From: Candidatus Saccharimonadota bacterium
GTDB taxonomy: Bacteria > Patescibacteriota > Saccharimonadia > Saccharimonadales > OFTM59
Assembly: GCA_029260855.1 (NCBI GenBank)
Contig: JAJDCK010000017.1
Span: 1 to 55,899, forward strand
Length of the DNA: 55,899 nucleotides
Direction: 5' to 3'
Part shown: in pieces, positions 1 through 12,924 of the stretch
Position numbering within the stretch: position 1 is the stretch's first letter
Layout: every line of letters begins with the position of its first letter
Notes under the pieces: model-generated
Databases searched by the model: none
Seen by the model: only the letters and a program-made list of their open reading frames with translations
Told to the model about the DNA's origin: nothing
Position numbers and translations under genes: made by a program

Positions 1-251
1 ATCATGTAGTCAACAACTTTTTGCTTGTATTGTTTTTCAAAGTCATAGACCTTAAAATCAATGCCTAGCTGCACAGCTACACGTTTAGCGTCCTGAAAAT
101 CTTCTTTCCACGGGCACGGAAAACCAGGAATATCTTTCGTCCAGTTCTTCATATAAACACCCACAACGGTGTAGCCCTGCTTTTTTAGCAAGGCCGCCGT
201 CACTGAGCTGTCAACGCCACCACTCATTCCAACGAATACTGTCTCTTTCAT
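1..251 (-). CDS. mnmA: tRNA 2-thiouridylase MnmA, 5' part (runs off window)
   Basis: Manual translation from ATG at 251: MKETVFVGMSGGVDSSVTAALLKKQGYTVVGVYMKNW...CPWKEDFQDAKRVA; SGGVDS PP-loop and MKNW motif. Confidence 0.95.
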   Translation of the reverse strand, partial: MKETVFVGMSGGVDSSVTAALLKKQGYTVVGVYMKNWTKDIPGFPCPWKEDFQDAKRVAVQLGIDFKVYDFEKQYKQKVVDYM

Positions 252-299
252 AACAACCTATTCTAGCAGATGAGTCTAAACTATTGACTCTGGTGATGC

Positions 300-1172
300 T
301 TAGAAAGGGCGTTCGCCTTGGTCCAGGCGTTGGCGAATTAACTTTAATTCGTATCTTCTACCAAGCCAGAAAGTCATAATAATAAGTGGTATCAATGCTG
401 CCGCTGGTTGCCAAAGAAGCCTAACTGGTTGTTTACCTCCGTCAATAGCCGCGGCCTCGCCAACACCATCCTGACCTAACGGCCCGTTGCCGACACCGAC
501 TAGCTGTAAATATGCCACGGCGCCGCTGGCATCAACCGCTTTTACGATAATATTATATACGCCTGGTCGTTCGTATATATGCTCTATATCGAATGGTCCA
601 GGCGATGGTCTACTACTAAGATCAACAGGCTTTCCGTCGCCCCAATCTACACTGATAGCATACGGGCCTTGCCCGCCACTTAAAATAACCGGCCAGACTA
701 AGGACTGTCCTGGGTTGGCGCCACGCTTCGCAAAGTTACTGGTTAGCCCTACGCGAGAAACAGATCCGGGCCTTCCATCATTGAAGGTAACCCGTACAAT
801 ATTAGAGTCTGGACCTGGTTGATCCAGTTCATCATAAACACGGGCCACTAGTTCATTCAAACCGCTGAAAAGGTCAATCTGGACAGAAAAACTACCATTG
901 CTACACTGAGTAGAACCAGCAAAAACGTTATTCTTAAAGACTTTTATTAGCAAGTCGTCCTGGCAAATGCCAGCCACTGTAACAGGGAGATCGGCAAAAA
1001 TTTGACCATCGCGTGGTACGGATATGGTGGCTCCTACCGTTGGGGGTGGGCTACTTATACGCCCCTCCACGCCTATTGAGCCGCTATCCTCGGCGGCATA
1101 AATAGTCGAGCCAACTAAAACACAGCTAAGACATATGGCAACCAGTACCATTAATGTTTTAATATGGTGCAT
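300..1172 (-). CDS. Secreted Ig-like/PKD-domain protein with C-terminal membrane anchor
   Basis: Signal peptide, Ig-like segment, PKD motif VDWGDG...HIYERPGVY, C-terminal TM followed by basic tail. Confidence 0.7.
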   Translation of the reverse strand: MHHIKTLMVLVAICLSCVLVGSTIYAAEDSGSIGVEGRISSPPPTVGATISVPRDGQIFADLPVTVAGICQDDLLIKVFKNNVFAGSTQCSNGSFSVQIDLFSGLNELVARVYDELDQPGPDSNIVRVTFNDGRPGSVSRVGLTSNFAKRGANPGQSLVWPVILSGGQGPYAISVDWGDGKPVDLSSRPSPGPFDIEHIYERPGVYNIIVKAVDASGAVAYLQLVGVGNGPLGQDGVGEAAAIDGGKQPVRLLWQPAAALIPLIIMTFWLGRRYELKLIRQRLDQGERPF

Positions 1173-1197
1173 GTTACAACTATATTAACATAAGGGT

Positions 1198-2205
1198 TTA
1201 GTGACGAACTTTTTTGTATTTGTGGCCAGTTGCGTGTTTCTTGACCCAACCAATCATCAAAACTATAAGAACAATAAACAGCGTAACGGCAAGCACAGAC
1301 CACCAAGGTAGGTACCAAAATACGCCACGTATAGTAAGAATTTCGCCACCATTACCGAAGCTAACGTTGGCTGTGGCTACATAGCGACCAGGCGTACCTA
1401 CACCGCTCACTGGATCCTTAAAAATTCGAGTGCTTGATGGTAAGATGTTGCTGCGTGGATCAGTGTCGTTAATCTCGTATTGATGTACTTGCTTACCTAA
1501 AGGGTTGGAAACGGTGACGCTCCCAAAAGGTTTCACGAACCCATTACCCTGGTTGCCTATGCGGATGCCAATTTCTTCTGGTTTAGCGCTGAAAATTGTC
1601 CCTGGCACATTCTTACGATAAAAGAGCACATCCTTTGCCTGGACTTGCTGGCGGATCTCGCCCGGGACCTCGATCATGACTATAGTTCCAACGCTGGCAG
1701 TAAGCGACACCTCGCCTGACTCAAGGGCTTTATTACTGGCCGGGATAGCCGCATAACGAATAACACCGTAGTATGCCCCGGGGGCTGCATCAACAGGTAC
1801 CTGCACGGGGATGTCAAAATTCTGTCTTTCGCCTTTTTTAAGATCCAGGTCCGTTACTCCGACCAGGAACGGCTTGATGCTGGGGGCCCTTCTGGTGTCG
1901 GTTTCAGGTAAAAGCTTGGGCTCGCCTGTTTCGCCGTCGGACTCAAAGTCGTTTACGAACACCTTCGCTACAATATCGCCGTTAGTAACATTTCTGACGC
2001 TCATTTTAATGATGTCTGCTTGACCGCGTTCAATACTGAGTTCTGTGCGCGTTGGTGAGATACTAAGCCCACTACCGGTACTACTATCAGATTGGGCCAG
2101 TAGAGTTACAGTAAGTCCTGTGATCGAGAACAAAGACACAAAAAAAACCAGTAGCAACTGTTTTAACATGCGCAAACCGGAAGTCCTGCCTTTATTGGTT
2201 CCCAT
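1198..2205 (-). CDS. WxL-interacting (DUF916/DUF3324-like) or pilus-chaperone-like membrane-anchored protein
   Basis: Signal peptide; GLSISPTRTEL...VRN; VPVDAAPGAYYG; NQGNGFVKPFG; C-terminal WYLPWW TM and basic tail. Confidence 0.65.
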   Translation of the reverse strand: MGTNKGRTSGLRMLKQLLLVFFVSLFSITGLTVTLLAQSDSSTGSGLSISPTRTELSIERGQADIIKMSVRNVTNGDIVAKVFVNDFESDGETGEPKLLPETDTRRAPSIKPFLVGVTDLDLKKGERQNFDIPVQVPVDAAPGAYYGVIRYAAIPASNKALESGEVSLTASVGTIVMIEVPGEIRQQVQAKDVLFYRKNVPGTIFSAKPEEIGIRIGNQGNGFVKPFGSVTVSNPLGKQVHQYEINDTDPRSNILPSSTRIFKDPVSGVGTPGRYVATANVSFGNGGEILTIRGVFWYLPWWSVLAVTLFIVLIVLMIGWVKKHATGHKYKKVRH

Positions 2206-2246
2206 AATTTATCTTAAGTTTACAACAACAAGTGGCATACATAAAA

Positions 2247-3302
2247 TTAAAATGCTGCTGTCGCTAAAAAAGTAAGTGTAGTGTTGTAAATACCTGGTGC
2301 TTGATTGGCGGATACGTTCACAAGATAGGAAACAGTAAACAGATTAAATTCTGTTGATAAGCTCGAGGAAGATAAACTAGTGCCGGGCTGAAACATAAAG
2401 TTGTTAGATAGGTTGTAGCTTGTGTCTGCGGTGGCCGTGCCGGGCCCTATCACATCCTGACCAACTGCTGGACTGGAGTTCGCCCTTAGGTTAATTCCGA
2501 ACTGACTGGTGCCTGGCAGGCTTGGTGACGGACTGCTTAATTCAGGGATAGTGTTGTTGCCTGAGGTCATAGTAACACCAAGCACGGTGACATTATAACC
2601 ACTTGGGTCGTTACTAGCCCCGGAGTATTGAGACGCCCCTGTGTTAGCTGTGGCCTTGCTAAGCTCGCTCAGGTTAATGTAAAAACCGCTGGCATCTGTA
2701 CAATCCAGTGCGACCGTTATGCCACTACAAAATGTAAGGTGAGGAGGCACAAAGGCATCTACGTTGAGTGGCTGATTAGTCGCGAAGGCAACACTCCCAG
2801 AATCATTGTGAGCACCAGTGCCGTCTGTGCTCCCATATGTCCTGATACGCACAAATGTTGAGCTTGCACCCGACGGGTTAACAATATCTTCAAAAACATA
2901 AGATGAAGGCACGATAAGCCCGGGCAAAGGCGGGCGAGTTATTACAAGCATGTTGGCGGTTGTGCTCCCTGGGTCAATCGCAAAACCAATATTTCCCGTC
3001 TGGTCATTTAGTATAGCCGCCGAAACATCAAGACCAGCCGGAGCACTACAAGGTATTTCATTTAAGGGGCTGTTAGAACAATACTCAAACACTATTGAAC
3101 CCATCACTGCTACGCTGGGCACAGTAATCGCAAAAGCATGTTGTGCTGTGGCGCCGGGAATGGCAGTTGATATAGCAACCGAGCGCGAATCAAGACTAGC
3201 CGCCAGTGCTGGTGCGTGTATGAATAACACAGACGCCACTATAGCAAGCAGTGTCTGTGTTTCGTGCAATGCTAGATTGATTTTATGAAGAAATCCTCGC
3301 AT
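2247..3302 (-). CDS. Secreted WxL/pilin-like beta-sandwich protein
   Basis: Signal peptide, S/T/G-rich, Cys pairs, C-terminus APGIYNTTLTFLATAAF. Confidence 0.6.
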   Translation of the reverse strand: MRGFLHKINLALHETQTLLAIVASVLFIHAPALAASLDSRSVAISTAIPGATAQHAFAITVPSVAVMGSIVFEYCSNSPLNEIPCSAPAGLDVSAAILNDQTGNIGFAIDPGSTTANMLVITRPPLPGLIVPSSYVFEDIVNPSGASSTFVRIRTYGSTDGTGAHNDSGSVAFATNQPLNVDAFVPPHLTFCSGITVALDCTDASGFYINLSELSKATANTGASQYSGASNDPSGYNVTVLGVTMTSGNNTIPELSSPSPSLPGTSQFGINLRANSSPAVGQDVIGPGTATADTSYNLSNNFMFQPGTSLSSSSLSTEFNLFTVSYLVNVSANQAPGIYNTTLTFLATAAF

Positions 3303-3345
3303 TAGTCATACTGTACTTCAGTTAAATGATTATGATTATATATGG

Positions 3346-4641
3346 TTAGAAGGTTGCGGTTGCGATGAAATCCGCCTGAACTGTATACGACCCGGTTGGC
3401 GTGGCCGCGGAGGCGGTAACCGCAAACTTTAAAATTAAAGCTTCGTCATCTACAACTTTTGTTGCAGAACCTGCAGAGCTAGCAATTGTGTCTGCAGCAG
3501 CGGTTGCGTCCCACGCGTATTGACCGGTGGTGGTGCCGGATACCATGTTGCTATCGGAAACATAAGTGTTGTTTGGTGCTGCTCCACCATCATAATCTAC
3601 ATCTCTAACCAAGTTATAGCTGCCTGAACCAAAATTACAGGTGTATGCAGTCGCGCTCACACAGTTAACTCCTGCAACAACCATCCCAAACTTTTCCGTT
3701 CCAGCCGTAAAGGTACCGGGCGTAGTCCCTTGAGCATTAAAACACTGGTCGGTCACCACAACCCCCGAACAAGCCGCGCCAGCCACCTTAAGTGTGCCGC
3801 TAGAGTTGTTGAGTATTGACTTGTAAGAAACCACAACACCATTAAGCGCATTGGTCCTGACCATAGCTATACCGTTAACGTTTGAGCCCCCATTACCTGT
3901 CGCAACCGGTGAGACGTTAGTAAAACCACTTTCTACATTTCCGATGTCTACCGTAGTACCTGTGATAGCACTACAATCGGCACCAGGAGTAGTGGTAGCA
4001 TCGTTAATTGTTGTGGATCCGACGCAGAAGACAAGGTTTTCCTGGACACGCGCATTAACCGTCAATGTCTGCGAGGTGCTTTGGGCAAAAACACCCTCCC
4101 ATACTAGCGTTGTTCCTGTGTCGCTATATATACGCATGCGAGTGTAGTAGCTCTTGTTAGCGACCGCGTTGTTGGTGATATCAGTTGGGCTTAGCGATAT
4201 TGTGGCCTCGTCTTTGCTAGCACCAGCGTCTGCAGTTGTTTTGTCAATCAAAATCTGATTGTCTGTGCCGCCGTTATCGCCTGATTGACGCGAAGCTGTG
4301 TTGCCGCCAGAGGTAAAGTTAGTAAGCGTAGCGGTCAACGAAACGGCAATGGTCGGGGTGTTGACGATAGTACAGGTGCCTAGTGGGGTATCACAGAATT
4401 CTATTTCAATGTGGTCTATGTTGGCTACATCTGCGGTCGTATCAAAAATCCAGGTGAGGTCCGTTGTTTGACTGGGGCGCGCGCTTGTGGATTGTAGCTC
4501 ACGTTCTGTAAGCGTTGGTGCAGCATGTGCCACGCCAGGCATAAATACAGGTGAGAAAACTGACAGCATTAATATGGTTGCGTATATTAGGGCTTCAAGT
4601 CTCTTCGCCCGAGCCTTCTGGCGAAACCAGTACTTACTCAT
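3346..4641 (-). CDS. Secreted WxL/pilin-like beta-sandwich protein (paralog of 2247..3302)
   Basis: Signal peptide ending AHA; IEFCDTPLGTC matches FEYCSNSP..C of the neighbour; C-terminus TPTGSYTVQADFIATATF. Confidence 0.6.
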   Translation of the reverse strand: MSKYWFRQKARAKRLEALIYATILMLSVFSPVFMPGVAHAAPTLTERELQSTSARPSQTTDLTWIFDTTADVANIDHIEIEFCDTPLGTCTIVNTPTIAVSLTATLTNFTSGGNTASRQSGDNGGTDNQILIDKTTADAGASKDEATISLSPTDITNNAVANKSYYTRMRIYSDTGTTLVWEGVFAQSTSQTLTVNARVQENLVFCVGSTTINDATTTPGADCSAITGTTVDIGNVESGFTNVSPVATGNGGSNVNGIAMVRTNALNGVVVSYKSILNNSSGTLKVAGAACSGVVVTDQCFNAQGTTPGTFTAGTEKFGMVVAGVNCVSATAYTCNFGSGSYNLVRDVDYDGGAAPNNTYVSDSNMVSGTTTGQYAWDATAAADTIASSAGSATKVVDDEALILKFAVTASAATPTGSYTVQADFIATATF

Positions 4642-4796
4642 TTTTGTTTCCTTTTGTTGATTTTAGTTATTTCAATACTACTTTTAACACAGCCCTGGTT
4701 ATAGCGCAAGCATTTTCACTGTATTTGTCCACAGTATTTACCTTTAAAAAGATAGCCGATGCTTAAAGCCAGCCACACACCAAACACCCCAGGAGG

Positions 4797-5486
4797 TTAG
4801 CGTGTTTGAAATGACTTTATGATCCCCCCAAGCTCTCGCCCGTCGCCACCTGCCGTTAAATCCTTATACACTATTAGATATCGAGCATGGGTGTTATCGG
4901 GTCGCCACAGCTCTATATACGGACTACCGCCTATTTGACTGATAACAACATCAAAGTTACTCCCGTCGCCCCTGCAAGTAAACGTGGTGTCGTTGAGTGT
5001 TACTGTTCGTATCTGCTTCTTTTCTTCATCCGGCAGCGCAGACCTACAGTGCTGGCTGATCCCGCCCACCACCTCAAAACCACCATCAGGTTTTGGCCTG
5101 ACGGGTTGAACATAAGATACATCTATTGATTGGATGGAGGGGTTTACGTAGATATTCAACTCGTGCTCAATCAAGGGGCCTCTAAACGACCGGTAAACGA
5201 ACTTGTTTACTGTTGTTTCTTTCGCGTCAGCAAGCCAAGTCTTGTTTGCCTGAAATTGAAAATATGCAGTTCTAAAAATCTCAACTGAGGGTGACTGTAT
5301 GCTGGTCTGTACCTCCGATATCGGCGCTAGGTTTTCTTGTCTCGTAAATACGCTCGTTGTCAACAACAAGACCACCAGCAAAACAGGCGTGCCGGCAACT
5401 AGCCCAACCATAAACCACTTGCCATGTGCAATCAATTTATGTCGGCGTTTGCTCGGGTGATCTATACGATAACTCTCTTCAAACAC
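4797..5486 (-). CDS. Hypothetical single-pass membrane protein
   Basis: 229 aa ORF, N-terminal TM, extracytoplasmic domain with a Cys pair. Confidence 0.6.
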   Translation of the reverse strand: MFEESYRIDHPSKRRHKLIAHGKWFMVGLVAGTPVLLVVLLLTTSVFTRQENLAPISEVQTSIQSPSVEIFRTAYFQFQANKTWLADAKETTVNKFVYRSFRGPLIEHELNIYVNPSIQSIDVSYVQPVRPKPDGGFEVVGGISQHCRSALPDEEKKQIRTVTLNDTTFTCRGDGSNFDVVISQIGGSPYIELWRPDNTHARYLIVYKDLTAGGDGRELGGIIKSFQTR

Positions 5487-5558
5487 GATAGTTATATCCT
5501 GATTTAGCTTAGCATATATAAATCTGACCGGGCACTAGCGACGAGAGACCTAGCCGGC

Positions 5559-6329
5559 TCAATAAGTTACAACCGCAACCAGGTCGTGCTCCATCCGATA
5601 TGTGCCACCTGCAGTAATGTTGCTGATGTTTGCGATATACGAGATCGTATAGTCGGTACGGCCAACAGCTTGCCTACCAATGGTTGCCTGTGAACGCGCA
5701 ATAGTATCGCCCACACCGTAGGCGTATTCATTCGGGTCATCATAGTCACGCTCACCCCCCGGTCCATCTCCAAACGCCTGCCCATCAGCATAGCTATCAT
5801 CAGGCACATTAACGGGATCGGCGCCGAAGGTCGCAGGAGACGTATTGGCAACCAGATTGATGCCAAACTCCTCTGTTCCTGGGCTGGACGCGCCAGTAGT
5901 AAGTTTGGGGCTCAATACCGCCCCTCCCTCACTTGTAAGCGACTGGCTCATCGTCTTAACAAAGTAGCTACTTGATAAATACGTCCGGATCCAAAACACT
6001 CCGACTCCAGTTCCTGTTGACGAGCTACTTAATGTCCCCAGATCGACCACCGTACTATTTACAAACATTTCCAAGTAGGGTGCGTTGGGAGTATAGAACC
6101 CCGCCTCAACGTCATAATTAGTACTAGAAGAAAGGCCAACACCCAAGCTACCCAGACCAGCCTGGACGTTATAACTACCAGAGTTCAGGTCCACCTCGCC
6201 TCCACTACCAAAATACGCTTCTTCAACGCGATAGCTATTTGAAGAAGATTGAGCCCCAACTCTAATCGGAAGCAGTGCGCCGATTACCAATAACACGATC
6301 AGTGTTCTTACGTGTCTCTTTTGTCTCAT
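5559..6329 (-). CDS. Secreted WxL/pilin-like protein
   Basis: Signal peptide; PGTEEFGINL shared with PGTSQFGINL of 2247..3302; C-terminus AGGTYRMEHDLVAVVTY. Confidence 0.6.
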   Translation of the reverse strand: MRQKRHVRTLIVLLVIGALLPIRVGAQSSSNSYRVEEAYFGSGGEVDLNSGSYNVQAGLGSLGVGLSSSTNYDVEAGFYTPNAPYLEMFVNSTVVDLGTLSSSSTGTGVGVFWIRTYLSSSYFVKTMSQSLTSEGGAVLSPKLTTGASSPGTEEFGINLVANTSPATFGADPVNVPDDSYADGQAFGDGPGGERDYDDPNEYAYGVGDTIARSQATIGRQAVGRTDYTISYIANISNITAGGTYRMEHDLVAVVTY

Positions 6330-6429
6330 TCCCTTCCCATTATTGATTAATTACCCACTTTGTGCAATCTGTTTATGTTTTTCGGTTTGCAATGTATTAT
6401 GAAGAGATTAGTGGCGGTCAAGAACAAAT

Positions 6430-7413
6430 ATGGACACATCACCTGAAGACAAAGAAATAAACTCCCTCGAGGACAGTAGTGTTGGCTCAAGCCAATCGAG
6501 TAGTGACGGCCCAACAAATAAGCCCAAGCAAGACACAGAACAACGCAACAGGCCCAAGAACGAAAAAATTAACCAACGAATTCAAAATCTAATAACAAGG
6601 GTTAATATATACCTCTTATTGTTTGTCCTTGTGGTGATTATAGCGGCAAGTATTGTGTTTATCAGTTTACAGCAGAATAAAAAGGAGCTGAGGGAGGCTG
6701 ATATTGCGGCAACGCAACTAACCGCAGAAGAACTAAAAGAGCTGGGGATTAACGATACGAAGGTTGGTGACCCCAAGCAAACACTTACAATTGAGTCTAA
6801 TGCTATTTTCACTGGTCAAGCGCTGGTCCGTGGCAACCTTGATGTGGCCGGGGAAATCAAAGTAGGCTCTGCTTTGAATTTGCCAGGCATAAACGTTTCA
6901 GGTGCAAGTACGCTAGGCCAGGTTGCAGCCAACGATCTTACGGTTGCAAACAGCGCGTCAATACAAGGCCAATTGAGCGTCCAACGCACGCTATCCGTAG
7001 CTGGTAGCGCGTCTTTCGGTGGCAGTATTACCGCACCACAACTAACAATCACGATTCTGCAAATTAATGGCGATTTGCAATTAAATCGACATATAGATGC
7101 TGGGGGGCAGACACCAAGCCGGACAAACGGCAGCGCTCTTGGCGCGGGCGGCACCAGTTCTATCAGCGGCACAGACACGGCAGGCACATTGAGCGTTAAC
7201 ACAGGCGGCGGTCCACCGGCTGGTTGCTTTGCAACCATTACCTTTGCACAAGCATTCAGAGATACTCCCCACGTAGCAGTCACCCCAGTAGGGTCCGCGG
7301 GCGGCACCCTTAATTATTATGTAAACCGGTCTAGTGCAAGCTTTAGCATCTGCACCGCGACACCTCCTCCCGCAGGCGTCTCGTTCGCTTTTGACTACGT
7401 TATTATTGACTAG
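6430..7413 (+). CDS. Membrane-anchored fibre/adhesin-like protein (beta-repeat shaft plus tail-fibre-like tip)
   Basis: Acidic N-tail, one TM, repeated G-x-L-x-V-x-G units, C-terminal ITFAQAFRDTPHVAVTP...FSI motif resembling H-lectin/gp53-like tip domains. Confidence 0.55.
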   Translation: MDTSPEDKEINSLEDSSVGSSQSSSDGPTNKPKQDTEQRNRPKNEKINQRIQNLITRVNIYLLLFVLVVIIAASIVFISLQQNKKELREADIAATQLTAEELKELGINDTKVGDPKQTLTIESNAIFTGQALVRGNLDVAGEIKVGSALNLPGINVSGASTLGQVAANDLTVANSASIQGQLSVQRTLSVAGSASFGGSITAPQLTITILQINGDLQLNRHIDAGGQTPSRTNGSALGAGGTSSISGTDTAGTLSVNTGGGPPAGCFATITFAQAFRDTPHVAVTPVGSAGGTLNYYVNRSSASFSICTATPPPAGVSFAFDYVIID

Positions 7414-7581
7414 CTGGCGGGCCGGTTCATAGAATCGTTTCAAGACTACGACGCCGGCTGTTGCCCACTAACGATAACAGGCGGCGCCCCTGACTAAAGC
7501 GTATCTTGGACTGCGTCGGAATTGTTCAAGCCTAAGCGCCAAGGACACTAATAAGAAAATACGATTGGCGCATAGCTAAGC

Positions 7582-7889
7582 TCACACGTCTAGGAATACG
7601 ATGACTTTGTCTTTTTTGACGTGCATGATACCGCGGTTAATTGGAATTTTTTCATCATTTTTGCCGGTGCGAACTATAATATCGCAGGCACTTAGCAGTG
7701 TCATGAAGTTATGATGGTGTGGCAAAATATCAAATGCTCCCGTTTCGTTTACCGCCGATATACTCTGTGCATCACCGTCGTAGTAGGTTTTGAACGGTGC
7801 GTATATTTTGACATGCATACGCTTGCCGTCATAAGCAGTCGCACCTGGTTCAATAGTACTCTTTGTCTTTTGGATTAACCCTTCTGGCA

Positions 7890-7890
<1 letters not shown>
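7582..7890 (-). CDS. atpC: F1 ATPase epsilon-like subunit, N-terminal domain only
   Basis: VKIYAP...GAFDILPHHHNFMTLL motif, follows beta; no C-terminal helical hairpin. Confidence 0.85.
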
Positions 7891-10056
<2,166 letters not shown>

Positions 10057-10060
<4 letters not shown>

Positions 10061-11568
10061 TTTTCAGCCTCAACGCTTTCTTTATGGTCTTCGTCTTTGG
10101 CAGTTACGGTCGGTGTGTTTTGCCTAGGCTGCTTTCTGTCGCCCATTAATTCCATCGTGCAACTTTTCTCAAGATCATCACGGACCTTTTCGTACTGGTC
10201 GTCATTTTTTATCTTTTGCGCAGCTTCGCGAACCCCATTCTTGAGTTTAGGCACATCAAGTACGCCTTGTTTTTCTATATTTAAAACAATGTCGAGCATT
10301 AGTTGTTGCTCTATCAAAGAATACGTGTCAGAAGGATTTTGTGTCAGCAACTCGAGGATCCGTCTGCCTGTTTCCAGAGTATGTCGGGACTCGATGGCTA
10401 GTTCTGATCCAAAATGTGAAAACTCTTCGGCCTGACGATAATCAGCCAGCAGCTTAAGAGCCTGAGCAGCTATGGATTTTTGTCTTTTAGTATGACCTGA
10501 ACCACCGACGCGAGTGACCGAAAGGCCCATACTAAGAGCTGGGCGGACACCATTACGAAAAGTGTCCATATCCAAAATCCATTGTCCGTCAGTTATTGAC
10601 ATTATATTGGTCGGCAAATATGCAGTTATGTCGCCCCCGGCAGCATTAACCAGAGGTATGCTCGTAAGGTGTTTGCCATTTTTCTCCAGACGACCAGCCC
10701 TTTCAAGCAAGGATGAATGGGCATAAAACATATCGCCCGGATACGAGTCGCGACCTGGGCTAACCCCCGATAGTAGTGCAACTTCACGGTAGGCGTGAGC
10801 ATGACTGGTCAAATCATCATAAATAATTATAGTGTCCTGGTTTTGTTCTTGCCACAGATATTCAGCCATAGCGCATGCCACATAAGGCGCCAGATAACTC
10901 ACTATAAGTGATTCAAACATAGTAGAGACGACCACTATGGCTTTTTCTAGCCCGCCGTTTTCCTCTAAGCGACTCAGCAGCATGTCCACATCGCTTCGCC
11001 GTTTCGCGATCAACGCATAAACAACCACCTGCTCTGTGTTCTTCTGGTTAATCGTCAGCTGGGTTACGAGCGTGCTTTTACCTGATTTGCTGTCCCCCAA
11101 CAAAGCCATACGCTGCCCTCGTACAATGGGGAACAGTGCATCTATAGCGATGACCCCGCTTTCTAGCTGGGTATCGAGCAGTTTTCGCTGATAGAGTGGT
11201 GGCGCCGTATTAAAGACCGGCCATGTCGCGTCCGCAGCTATGGGGCCTTTGCCGTCAAGAGGCTCACCCGTTACCGACACGACTCGTCCTATGAAGTCCT
11301 TACCAACCTTGCACACCAGCTCTTGATGCTGCACTACAGCTACTAGACCCACCGATACCGGTACCGTGCCTAGGTGTAAAACAACCACGTGATCGTTCAG
11401 TACCTGATGAACAAAGCCCTTGCTGCCATCTTCAAACATAACCAGCGCATGTATGGCGCACGGCTGTAGCCCCTGCACCCTGATCAGGAACTTGTCAACC
11501 GCTATAACTTCTCCTACCGGGTGCCCCGAGTCAACCAGACGACTAAAGTGCTGATTGGTCGCGCTCAC
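10057..11568 (-). CDS. atpA: F1 ATPase alpha subunit, divergent
   Basis: [67 protein letters not shown]. Confidence 0.95.
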
Positions 11569-12227
11569 TGCTTGGCCCTCCTTTGTGCTGGCGACTCACC
11601 AGGAGTTAGAGGAACGACCGGCTGCGAAGATAGAAGCTTAGCGCGTCGCGGGTCAACATAAGCTAATTTCGGAGCTGACTCGACAGGCACCGTAGGAGCT
11701 ATAGGTGAATGATCTTTTAAGGTGTGAAGCTTATTTATGAGCGTGTTTTTTTCTTTCACAAATTTCTGTCGTAAGCTGAAATCAAAATGCCGATTGGTCG
11801 TCCTCAAGATACAGCCCGCGCCAATTGTTGGCTGAAGACCAACCTGCAATAAAACAGTAGGACCGATATTAGTTCTCAGCCAGGTGACAAGCTTCTGTAA
11901 AAATAGCGGCGAAGGGTCCGAGCTAAAACTCATGTGCATTAACGGAGCGCTATTTCTAATTTTTTCAAGAAACTCACGCATGGCTCTTCTGTCAGCTTCG
12001 AGCAGAGGCTCAAGTTTATTCTGCTGGATCATTTCGTCAAAAAGCCTGCTCGTCTTGGGGAGTTTTGGGTTGTCATTTGGTTCGCGCAGGACAGCCGCCT
12101 CCAAAAAATTATCCAAAGCATCAAGCTCCCGGAGTAGCCGGGCAACATCCATTCGCCCAACTATGGCTATGGGGAGATGTAGATCGGGCTGTACATGTTC
12201 GTGCGTATCAACCATGTCATGTATCAC
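11565..12227 (-). CDS. atpH: F1 delta/OSCP-like subunit
   Basis: C-terminal [23 protein letters not shown] matches the delta motif (vDp.liGG..i.....iD.Sl); position before alpha. Confidence 0.75.
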   Translation of the reverse strand: MIHDMVDTHEHVQPDLHLPIAIVGRMDVARLLRELDALDNFLEAAVLREPNDNPKLPKTSRLFDEMIQQNKLEPLLEADRRAMREFLEKIRNSAPLMHMSFSSDPSPLFLQKLVTWLRTNIGPTVLLQVGLQPTIGAGCILRTTNRHFDFSLRQKFVKEKNTLINKLHTLKDHSPIAPTVPVESAPKLAYVDPRRAKLLSSQPVVPLTPGESPAQRRAKQ

Positions 12228-12271
12228 CCCTGTTAAGTGTGTACGTAAGACGGTATAGTCCAGGCATCTTG

Positions 12272-12901
12272 CTACACCCCGCCTGACATATCCGCAATAA
12301 TCGCATCTTTGTTAGCCTCAAGGCTACTCAAAATGAATTCAAGTTGATCATTCAGGTCAATTTGGTCCCCGATCGCTGCTAGCACATAGTGATTGATCAC
12401 ATCGGCCATATTGTCCTCAAAACGTTTAACCAGTAATGTTAAGCTTTTTTCTGCTTCAAGCTTTATCTGCTGATTCATTACTTGGCGCTGCTGCTCAATA
12501 GCTTCTTGGGTCTTAGTTATAGAGTCAATCGCGAGCTGTTTAGCGTCGGTTATTGATTCTTCATACTTAGCAAATTCTTCCTGAAGTGTGCGAGTAATTT
12601 CTGCTTTCATGTATTCATTAAGCTGGGAGGTGGTCAGCCTGAGATCTTGCTGCAAAAACATCGCGTTTTCGCCAATAATTTTCTCAAAATGCAGTCGCCC
12701 ACGGTTTCTAAGCTCTTCACGAAACTCGTTATTGAAGATGTGTTCAACATCTTCTTCGGCGCGCTCGGTCATTACGTCGTGAGGGTTTTTGTGTTTACCT
12801 TTTTTACGCGCTCCACTGTTTATACGGAAGCCGACCCACAAGAAAGCTAGCGTTGCCGATGCTAGACTTCCTAGTACTAATGCGAGTGCCCAACCATTCA
12901 C
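12272..12901 (-). CDS. atpF: Fo b-like peripheral stalk subunit
   Basis: N-terminal TM followed by long charged coiled coil; position before delta. Confidence 0.65.
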   Translation of the reverse strand: MNGWALALVLGSLASATLAFLWVGFRINSGARKKGKHKNPHDVMTERAEEDVEHIFNNEFREELRNRGRLHFEKIIGENAMFLQQDLRLTTSQLNEYMKAEITRTLQEEFAKYEESITDAKQLAIDSITKTQEAIEQQRQVMNQQIKLEAEKSLTLLVKRFEDNMADVINHYVLAAIGDQIDLNDQLEFILSSLEANKDAIIADMSGGV

Positions 12902-12924
12902 TTAAATGCCCACCTTGTAAATAT

